Source: Minisyncoccia bacterium
GTDB lineage: Bacteria > Patescibacteriota > Minisyncoccia > Phycocordibacterales > UBA918
Assembly (NCBI GenBank): GCA_964229335.1
Contig: CAXRCZ010000001.1
Span: 742 to 64,741 of the forward strand
Length of the DNA stretch: 64,000 nucleotides
Reading direction: 5' to 3'
In this document: in pieces, positions 34,841-42,246 of the stretch
Position numbering within the stretch: position 1 is the first letter of the stretch
Layout of the letters: each line of letters opens with the position of its first letter
Program-made: the position numbers and the translations under genes
Notes under the pieces: generated by a model
Seen by the model: only the letters and a program-made list of their open reading frames with translations
Database searches by the model: none
Told to the model about the DNA's origin: nothing

Positions 34841-35779
34841 CTAATACTTAACACACTTGCGGTCATTAACGTCGCTTCTAGAGATTAGTTTAGTGTCTTT
34901 GAATACACCACCCCACGCCTTGCATAGTATTTCATACACTTCCATATCTGGCTCATCCATTTCTCTGATTCTGATAGCTGCGGCAACTTCATCAGGATTG
35001 TTTTCTGGTAAATTATTTTTATATGCTTCGAATTCATTTGAGAAGTCATCAACTCTCCTCACAATAGTTGGTAATTGACAGCGAAATACACCGTTCTGTG
35101 AAGAAAAATTACCTGCATTATGGAGACAATAATCATTCATAGAATTTTCAGCTCGACTCATACAAACTCTATACAAATTTGCTTGCATAGTACCATTTGC
35201 TCCCGATGACGCTTCATTTTTACAATAGTCACTTGGTCGAGATACTCGAACACTACCTTCCACGCGAGTGTATTCATCAAGTATGTACCTATACTCACTA
35301 GGGGTAAACTCTTCGAGTCCACGTTTGGCTTCTCCAGTACTTCCTACATCTGTACCGTCTTCTCCTGTGCCCCCACCAGTAGTCAGTCCAGAAGATGTGG
35401 GTGGAGCGATTGCTTCAGGTTTTTCAATAGTGTCAGTGAATTTTAGATCAAGTAGGTTAGGATTTATTTCAGTTAGGATCAGCACTGCTCCAGCCACCAG
35501 CAGCAATCCCAACAAAGCGGATTGAATGTCTTTTTTAGCATCACCTTTGGTGCTCACAATATCGGTCGTCATGTATTTGGCACCAGCCACGATAATTTTT
35601 ACAACTGCCAAAAGTCCCGCAATACCGATTGACCAAACGTATAGAGCGTTAATATAGCCAGCGAAAGATCCTGAACCTTCGGTACCACCAGGAACTTGTA
35701 CAAGAGGACTATATTGAGCTCCTACAAACATAGGAGCTGTTAGGATGAGTATCGCAAAAGTGAATAAGAGTGTTCGCAT
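34841..35779 (-). CDS. VirB2/TrbC-like T4SS pilin module fused to a Cys-rich C-terminal domain
   Basis: A signal peptide (LILTAPMFVGAQ) is followed by two hydrophobic helices (YINALYVWSIGIAGLLAVVKIIVAGAKY and ALLGLLLVAGAVLILTEI), as in TrbC/VirB2-type pilins. A Gly/Thr linker and a roughly 170-aa domain with several Cys residues follow. Confidence 0.5.
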   Translation of the reverse strand: MRTLLFTFAILILTAPMFVGAQYSPLVQVPGGTEGSGSFAGYINALYVWSIGIAGLLAVVKIIVAGAKYMTTDIVSTKGDAKKDIQSALLGLLLVAGAVLILTEINPNLLDLKFTDTIEKPEAIAPPTSSGLTTGGGTGEDGTDVGSTGEAKRGLEEFTPSEYRYILDEYTRVEGSVRVSRPSDYCKNEASSGANGTMQANLYRVCMSRAENSMNDYCLHNAGNFSSQNGVFRCQLPTIVRRVDDFSNEFEAYKNNLPENNPDEVAAAIRIREMDEPDMEVYEILCKAWGGVFKDTKLISRSDVNDRKCVKY

Positions 35780-35783
35780 ATGG

Positions 35784-36989
35784 TTATAGTAGCAAATCAG
35801 AGGAGTCTAGTTGGTAGAGCCATAGACTTTGATCGGTTTTGTTTATAAAGTAAAAGCGAGACTCGCTGGTATTCAGATTTGGTTCTGTGACATCAACATC
35901 TCTCCCGGCTAATTCAGCTGGTGCAACTAGCTGTCGAGTTCCGGCAGAATCAAGATCAATTTCCCAAATTGTATCGTTTAATACAGTCTCTCCTCGGTAC
36001 CAGCTATCAGGCAGGGTGCTCTCTTGTGAATAATCATTTCCGCCGCAGATTGCAATGGTGGTGCCGAGTGCACATTTTTCGGCCAATGTAGTGAGTGCCA
36101 AACTGCGGCGCAATTGTCCATCAAATAGATATGTATTCAACTCCTGCTCTTGTGTGACACTATATATTACATTAGCTCCATTTCCGGTGGCTGATAAGCC
36201 AAAGCCAGACACCGGCAGACGATACCGGCTGCCATCTACATACTCATACAAATAGCCAACCAGGTCAGTAGTTGGCGCTGGAAATATCAAAGTTCGGCCC
36301 TCGTTCCAATCTATTACAGCTTGTGAAAATGGGGCCGAAAACATGCTGTTCGTTGTATCGCGTTCTAGATCATATACCCTACTCTCCACAATAGGTGGTG
36401 TAGAAATACTAAAGAAAATTCTATTTAACCCAAACTCGAATTCAATAACACCGCTCGCTATTGCACGACTGGTAGGTTCTTGTGTATCAAGATTGATTAG
36501 ATACAGGGTGCTGTTTTCTCTATAATCAGAACGTACAACCGCGTAACGTCCATCCGATGATATATCGGCAGCAGTGGCTCTGGGGATAGTGATGTTCGAT
36601 AAACGCTCCTCCTCCCCGGTTGACAGATTAATGGTATATACATGTCCGGTGCCAGCTTCGACATAATAAACAAACGGGGTAATTTCTGTCTGGGTAGTTG
36701 TGGCGCTGGCAAAAGCGGTGGTTGAGCCCACTAAGACTTCTTGATGGGCGATGATAGGTGTAGTGGTGAGTTGTTTTAAGGGAGAAGTATCAAACACATC
36801 AACCACATCTTCAGAAGAAATAGCGCCTCCAAATTGTGCCACATCCACCGATTCGTCAGTTGTGTCGCCAAAACCAAATAAGGCAAACCGCTCGTCTCGC
36901 TCCTCAACCGGAGTTATAAACCAATACACGCCAGCAATACCAGCGAGTACGATGATAACTATGCCTATGATGAGTAAAGTCTTTTTCAT
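35784..36989 (-). CDS. anchored extracytoplasmic protein, possibly a beta-propeller; T4SS-like operon member
   Basis: 401 aa with an N-terminal TM segment. Repetitive beta-strand-like segments are present (YAVVRSD, LYLINLD, FYFINKTDQSLWLY). No motif is assigned. Confidence 0.5.
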   Translation of the reverse strand: MKKTLLIIGIVIIVLAGIAGVYWFITPVEERDERFALFGFGDTTDESVDVAQFGGAISSEDVVDVFDTSPLKQLTTTPIIAHQEVLVGSTTAFASATTTQTEITPFVYYVEAGTGHVYTINLSTGEEERLSNITIPRATAADISSDGRYAVVRSDYRENSTLYLINLDTQEPTSRAIASGVIEFEFGLNRIFFSISTPPIVESRVYDLERDTTNSMFSAPFSQAVIDWNEGRTLIFPAPTTDLVGYLYEYVDGSRYRLPVSGFGLSATGNGANVIYSVTQEQELNTYLFDGQLRRSLALTTLAEKCALGTTIAICGGNDYSQESTLPDSWYRGETVLNDTIWEIDLDSAGTRQLVAPAELAGRDVDVTEPNLNTSESRFYFINKTDQSLWLYQLDSSDLLL

Positions 36990-36990
36990 A

Positions 36991-37944
36991 TCAAAAACGT
37001 AAATTCATCTCACCACGAGCACCTTGTAATAAGTTGGTCGTACTCTGCACTCTAAACCCCAGTGACGCGCTTCCATTTATGCCGGTTTTTTGTAAGGTAA
37101 CTTCATATGGGTTGGAATCAGAAATAGCGTCTTCCCCATTGAGATTCCATTGTTTAATTTCTGCAAGATTGAAAGCAGCTGAACTTAAATTGTATGGCTC
37201 AGCTCGGACTGTGAGGGTGTTGCTCAGGAGTGAGTAGGTGGTGAGAGAGGTTGGTAATATGCCATACAGACTGTGCACTTCATAGAAATACACTCTAGGA
37301 TTTTCGTTGAGTAAATACACTGCTTCTTTAGCCACCACGTTACCAGCAAGATTCGTTACTGAAAGCGAGAGTGTGACCCTAGAATCTTGTGGCATTGTAA
37401 AGGAAACAGTATTCCCTCCTCGTATTGGCTGAGGATACAATCTAGTCTGGTTTACTCGCCAGTCATACACCAAATTATCTCTGGCAGCATTAGTCCCCGA
37501 TAATAAAGCCACTACATTTACTTGGCTTCCAGCACTAGGTAAACCGCGGCCTCGATAAAACTCAGGTACATGTGTGAGGGGTTCTATAATCAGGTCAAGA
37601 TACACAGGTGTAACAGATGTTGTAAAGGCTTCAGTTTGACCGTTTGTTTTAGTAACAACTACCCTCAATTCACTTGTAGATCCAGCTTCACCGGCCACAA
37701 AGCTGACTTCTCTACCGGTGCCAATAAAAACAGTATCCAGGTACCAATTTATCTCCGCACCGTTACTACTACTACGGTAGTCATCCAAGTTTGCAACCAC
37801 ACGCTCTTGCGGCGCGGGATGGCTGGGGGTGAGAGAAATGCTAACCTGGGACGCAACACTACCGGTCGTACCAACTTGTGCCCAAACCCATAGCGGGGCA
37901 AGGAATAAAATACTGACTAGAAAAAGTCTCATTCCTATAATCAT
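36991..37944 (-). CDS. secreted beta-rich protein; T4SS-like operon member
   Basis: 317 aa with a signal peptide (LFLAPLWVWAQ). It has repeated beta-sandwich-like segments. Function is unknown. Confidence 0.5.
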   Translation of the reverse strand: MIIGMRLFLVSILFLAPLWVWAQVGTTGSVASQVSISLTPSHPAPQERVVANLDDYRSSSNGAEINWYLDTVFIGTGREVSFVAGEAGSTSELRVVVTKTNGQTEAFTTSVTPVYLDLIIEPLTHVPEFYRGRGLPSAGSQVNVVALLSGTNAARDNLVYDWRVNQTRLYPQPIRGGNTVSFTMPQDSRVTLSLSVTNLAGNVVAKEAVYLLNENPRVYFYEVHSLYGILPTSLTTYSLLSNTLTVRAEPYNLSSAAFNLAEIKQWNLNGEDAISDSNPYEVTLQKTGINGSASLGFRVQSTTNLLQGARGEMNLRF

Positions 37945-37963
37945 AGCAAAAATAGGGCGCTAA

Positions 37964-38812
37964 TTATTCCTTGAATTGGGATAGTGAAACCGACGCAATC
38001 CAAAAAAGTGGTAGTGGTAATAAATTAGCTATTGGAAATATAAAACAAATCCAAGAAAATATAAAAGCAGGAAATTTCATAGTCACCCCATTACCTAAAA
38101 CCGGATTAGAGCCAGTCATGACGTACAACAAAATAAAGATTAACAACAGTCCTCCCCCCAAGAAAAACAATAACATTTGTACAGCGATGGCTAGGGCTAT
38201 GGGTTCTGTTAAGACTTCTGCTGGGATACCTGTGAGTTCGCCAATAGTCTCACCAGCCAGACTGATTGCTTTGTCTAGACCTGCTATAAGTATACTTTCA
38301 GCTTTCAGTTGCTCCCACCATGCCGCCACTGCAAATAAAACTAGGCTAAACAAAGCAATTGGGATTTGTACCCATACATAAAAATTAAGATAGATAGTGC
38401 CAAGAGTAGTTCCTCGAGCTGCTTTGAAAACCTTCACACTCTTTTTCAAAAGTTTTTTCTTGGCGAGTTTTTTCCGATTACGGAGCGCTCTGCGAGCGGT
38501 TTTTCTAGTAACCCCGTTAGTGTTTGGACTTTGATTTTTTTCAGTGTTTTTTCGATTGGTTACTAAGACGTTTCGAACTGGTGTACTTTTATATTTTTTA
38601 GTCCTCATGCCTTTCTCCGAGGGCAGTCCTCTTTCTTGGGGAGGATATTCAACATTGTCATTAGCGGCTCTTCGATCTACCGTTACTTGTCGAACCGGAT
38701 TGAAATAAGAGTAATTATCGTTGGCGGAGCGACGAGTTGGTGAGTTTTGCGCATCCTGCAGACGAATAGGTTCGGCCTCCACATTACGAATTTTTGAGCC
38801 ACGTGGTGCCAT
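37964..38812 (-). CDS. polytopic membrane protein with a long Arg/Lys-rich N-terminal tail; T4SS-like operon member
   Basis: 282 aa. The first roughly 135 residues are basic and low-complexity (RKTARRALRNRKKLAKKKLLKKSVKVFKAARG). About four TM helices follow. Confidence 0.5.
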   Translation of the reverse strand: MAPRGSKIRNVEAEPIRLQDAQNSPTRRSANDNYSYFNPVRQVTVDRRAANDNVEYPPQERGLPSEKGMRTKKYKSTPVRNVLVTNRKNTEKNQSPNTNGVTRKTARRALRNRKKLAKKKLLKKSVKVFKAARGTTLGTIYLNFYVWVQIPIALFSLVLFAVAAWWEQLKAESILIAGLDKAISLAGETIGELTGIPAEVLTEPIALAIAVQMLLFFLGGGLLLIFILLYVMTGSNPVLGNGVTMKFPAFIFSWICFIFPIANLLPLPLFWIASVSLSQFKE

Positions 38813-38826
38813 ATGGGCTTAGTATA

Positions 38827-40638
38827 CTACACCTGTTTTTCCTTCAGTTCGGCGCGAGCTTGTTTGATTTGCAGTAATTGCGATGGGTCAGAGGTAATGA
38901 TTTGGTCTTCGGTGTAGGAAGCTATAATACGAATCGCGACGTGCTTAAGTCCTACAAAGAATATTCCCTCCCCGACGCTTGATTCCAGCAAGAGATACTT
39001 CTCTTCGTCAGTGAGGTTAAAGGTTTTTTGCACATTATCAATCGCAGTTGGTGACTGTTTCATTAACAGCTGGATTGAGGAGTTGGTAATCATTGGTACT
39101 CCGTATGGTGAGCGTAAAAAGTCTTCCACGTCTTGAGTAATAGTCGCAATCCCTAGGTAATACTTACGACCTCGTTTAGCTAGACTGAAGAGGAACGAAG
39201 CAGTGTCTTCTGACTTCATCATCCACCATGCCTCATCAATCACCATCAGGCGCTTGGCCAATCGGCGGCGGATTGAGCTCCAGATAAAGTTGGTAATGAT
39301 GTACATTGCAATCGTTTTGAGTTCATCTTCCATGTCGCGGAGCGAAAACACCACAAATTTTTGGTTGATATCAACATTGGTTGGGCGGTTCATGAATCCT
39401 GACCAGGTGCCAGAAGTGTATTTTTGCAGTCGACTTAACAATGAGTCACTCCCCTCCATACCAGCTAGTACCATTTCAAAATCCGACAGGAGTGGCGGCT
39501 CTTGGTCTGCAAAATCAGAGTCACCCGTGATGTCTTTAAGGGCATATGTTTCCTGAATCGCAATATCCAACAACGTCTCTTCTTCTGGAGTAAGTCCTCC
39601 ATCAGTCGCACTTTTACCATCCCCTAGCATTAGTTTGAATAATCCAACCAACTCAATAATATGCGTCCGTAAAACATCCGCCGGATCTTCATCAGGCTGT
39701 GGGACCGGTAGGTCAAATGGGTTAATGTGGTGGCTCGAAGACAATGAAATATTAAAGAATCTTCCGCCAGTGGTTTCAGCTAGATATTCATACTCCCTCT
39801 CAGGGTCAATCACGATAACTTCGGTGCCGAACATGAGCGAACGTAAAATTTCAAGCTTGAGTCCATATGACTTACCAGCTCCAGATGTAGCGAAAGTTAC
39901 CGAGTTGTAGTTAGTGAGACTGTAGCGGTCAAATAATACTAACGAAGAGTTGTGACGGTTGATACCATACAAAATGCCGGTGTCAGAAGTGAGGTCAAAG
40001 GAGGTAAATGGGAAAAAGCTTGAAAGCGGTGCTGAATTAAATTTGCTGTGCACCAACAAATTGTCGTTACCCAACGGTACAACACTGCGAAAGCCTGGTT
40101 CTTGTTGGAACAAGGCTGGTTTCATGGTGATTAAACGAGAATCAAGAATGCTACGAATATCATTTTCAGTTTTATTGATTGCTTTCTCGTTTTCACCGTA
40201 TATAGCCATGTAAAAACCGACGTCAAAGAGCTTTTCTTCAGCTTGCATAAGTTTGTCACGCAGGTCTTCTAAGTTACGCCACGCTGCTTCTAGTTGTGGG
40301 TCACGCACTTCTCCCCTTTCCTCCTTGAGACTTATCTGACTCTGCACCTCGGCCACTTTCTTCTGGAATTTTTTCAGTGTCTCGCTCGTGTCAATTGGAT
40401 GGATAAATATAGAAACATCAATCTCACGTGCTAGGTTCAATACCGGCTCCAGCCAGCCATCATTTAAATAGCGAGGATATGAGACCGCATAATATACTCG
40501 AGCGTTCACCCCACTGACATTAATACTTTTTGGAGTGATACTAACTGCTGATGGAGCGATAACATCATTGAGCTTCAAGAGTGGTATATCAGGCTTACCG
40601 TCACTCCCGCCATTTTTTGCAAAATCAAATAGTCCCAT
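38827..40638 (-). CDS. virB4: VirB4/TraC-type T4SS ATPase
   Basis: 603 aa. Walker A is FATSGAGKSYG and Walker B is LMVIDEAWWMM. The N-terminal IAPSAVSI...YPRYLNDGWL pattern is typical of Gram-positive-type VirB4 proteins. Confidence 0.85.
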   Translation of the reverse strand: MGLFDFAKNGGSDGKPDIPLLKLNDVIAPSAVSITPKSINVSGVNARVYYAVSYPRYLNDGWLEPVLNLAREIDVSIFIHPIDTSETLKKFQKKVAEVQSQISLKEERGEVRDPQLEAAWRNLEDLRDKLMQAEEKLFDVGFYMAIYGENEKAINKTENDIRSILDSRLITMKPALFQQEPGFRSVVPLGNDNLLVHSKFNSAPLSSFFPFTSFDLTSDTGILYGINRHNSSLVLFDRYSLTNYNSVTFATSGAGKSYGLKLEILRSLMFGTEVIVIDPEREYEYLAETTGGRFFNISLSSSHHINPFDLPVPQPDEDPADVLRTHIIELVGLFKLMLGDGKSATDGGLTPEEETLLDIAIQETYALKDITGDSDFADQEPPLLSDFEMVLAGMEGSDSLLSRLQKYTSGTWSGFMNRPTNVDINQKFVVFSLRDMEDELKTIAMYIITNFIWSSIRRRLAKRLMVIDEAWWMMKSEDTASFLFSLAKRGRKYYLGIATITQDVEDFLRSPYGVPMITNSSIQLLMKQSPTAIDNVQKTFNLTDEEKYLLLESSVGEGIFFVGLKHVAIRIIASYTEDQIITSDPSQLLQIKQARAELKEKQV

Positions 40639-40640
40639 AC

Positions 40641-41279
40641 TTATGAATTATCAACTACTGGCGCCGAGCCAGTCGGATCATTAGGGTTGTAAATGTGATA
40701 AAACAATTCGACCAATTCATCTTGTCCCAACGCAATTGTTCGCACACCAACTCGGGCTAATCCATCAGCTACTAGTGACAAGCGTTGCTCTAACTGACTG
40801 CGATTACGTTCGAAATCCTCATTATCTTTACCACCTTTCATTCGTTTTGGAGCAAACATACTGGTGATACCCCCACCCAAGTTTACTGCGGAGGGTGAGT
40901 AAGAAACCACTACAAAAAAGTTTTTACTCATCACCTCGACGTCGCTGGTGAACGAACGGATAAAGTGCATGTACTCACGCAATTGGATACGCATCAGGTC
41001 ATTATTCTGCTTATCTTCAAGACCACTTAATAACGCAAGGTACGGTTCGATGTTTAGTCGCCGTGACTGCATATAAATCTGCAACGAAAAATCGAGTGTA
41101 TTGAGAAACTGTTGAAATTGCTGCAACACCGCTCGTTGTTCATCGTATGATTTCAGAGCCAGGTTGATAGATGAGGCCAACAATACCATACTCAACCGAC
41201 CGTCTTTTTGAATGACGACATTATCCCGAATATCCTCGACAGTCACAAATGCTTGGGTTTTGGTTTGAGAAGTAGCCAT
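40641..41279 (-). CDS. T4SS-associated protein resembling the N-terminal region of Gram-positive VirB4 ATPases (possible split domain)
   Basis: 212 aa. VEDIRDNVVIQKDGRLSMVLLASSINLALKSYDEQRAVLQQFQQFLNTLDFSLQIYMQS follows a pattern I recall from VirB4 N-termini of conjugative elements. It is separated from virB4 by 2 nt. Confidence 0.45.
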   Translation of the reverse strand: MATSQTKTQAFVTVEDIRDNVVIQKDGRLSMVLLASSINLALKSYDEQRAVLQQFQQFLNTLDFSLQIYMQSRRLNIEPYLALLSGLEDKQNNDLMRIQLREYMHFIRSFTSDVEVMSKNFFVVVSYSPSAVNLGGGITSMFAPKRMKGGKDNEDFERNRSQLEQRLSLVADGLARVGVRTIALGQDELVELFYHIYNPNDPTGSAPVVDNS

Positions 41280-41281
41280 AA

Positions 41282-41692
41282 TTATGAGTCGTGCTGAATC
41301 GCTTTAAGTTCCAATTCTCTCGCGAGAGTTGAAATATTCTTGTTAGTCCGACGAACTACCGGCGCTTCGCTAGGCGCTGCTTTGATAGCTGGGTCTTCTT
41401 TGTACATCACGCGGTCCTCTTTTCGCCACAGATAGAGCTTTGGTGCCAGGGTGTAGTTAAACATAGCCTCCAAGAAATAAGAAAAGGGCCGGTTATTGAT
41501 TGGGTAGAAAGACAGTGCTGCTGCCAAGACTGCTAGTGGTATCCCTAGAATGACAAATAGAATAAACGGCAGCGTAAAAAACATCACCACCGCCATCCCT
41601 ACTCCCCCACTGAGATAGAGAAATTGTCGCCAGGTCAACGGACCAAATATCTTATCTTCCACCTCAATAAATTGTGGCACTTCAAAACGCAT
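41282..41692 (-). CDS. PrgI/VirB3-like small membrane protein
   Basis: 136 aa. MRFEVPQFIEVEDKIFGPLTWRQFLYL followed by two TM helices is the PrgI-family (VirB3-analogue) pattern. Confidence 0.55.
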   Translation of the reverse strand: MRFEVPQFIEVEDKIFGPLTWRQFLYLSGGVGMAVVMFFTLPFILFVILGIPLAVLAAALSFYPINNRPFSYFLEAMFNYTLAPKLYLWRKEDRVMYKEDPAIKAAPSEAPVVRRTNKNISTLARELELKAIQHDS

Positions 41693-41719
41693 ACAGTACC
41701 TACATTATACATGGCAAAG

Positions 41720-42244
41720 TTACTGCCGAGTGTCGCTGTCCCAACGAGCTGACGGGTCTTTTTGCTGCAAAATATCGTCTTGGCTGGATTGATAGCTCGG
41801 CACCTCATTATTCCTGGCAGTCTGCATGTCTTTGGCCATAGTCTCAATACTATCGAGGCTTTCGATACTTTCTTCAATGTCAGAAATATCAGCAGTAAGC
41901 GAAGTATTATTTGCTTGATTCGTTACTAGAGACATCTCCTGCATGCTTACTTCTCTAGCTTTCACTATTTCTTCAGGCAGCGATGCTTCTAAGAAAAACA
42001 CAGCTTCTTCAGCTACTCCGTTACTCACCTGACATTCTGAAGCAATAAAGTCTTTAAGGTCAGCGTCATTGATAAACAACATAATCCACAAGTGATACGC
42101 GTTATCCAGCACGTCAATTTGCTCGGGAGAAAGTTGGTTAGTTTGACCAAAAACCATAGCCGCCTCAGAAACAAAATCACTCTCCACAAAGGCTCGGTAG
42201 CTTGGCTCTAAGATGTTAAGACGTTCTTGAATTGAAGTGTCCAT
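41720..42244 (-). CDS. acidic soluble hypothetical protein; T4SS-like operon member
   Basis: 174-aa ORF, tightly packed between the VirB6-like and VirB3-like genes. No motif is recognised. Confidence 0.45.
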   Translation of the reverse strand: MDTSIQERLNILEPSYRAFVESDFVSEAAMVFGQTNQLSPEQIDVLDNAYHLWIMLFINDADLKDFIASECQVSNGVAEEAVFFLEASLPEEIVKAREVSMQEMSLVTNQANNTSLTADISDIEESIESLDSIETMAKDMQTARNNEVPSYQSSQDDILQQKDPSARWDSDTRQ

Positions 42245-42246
42245 AA

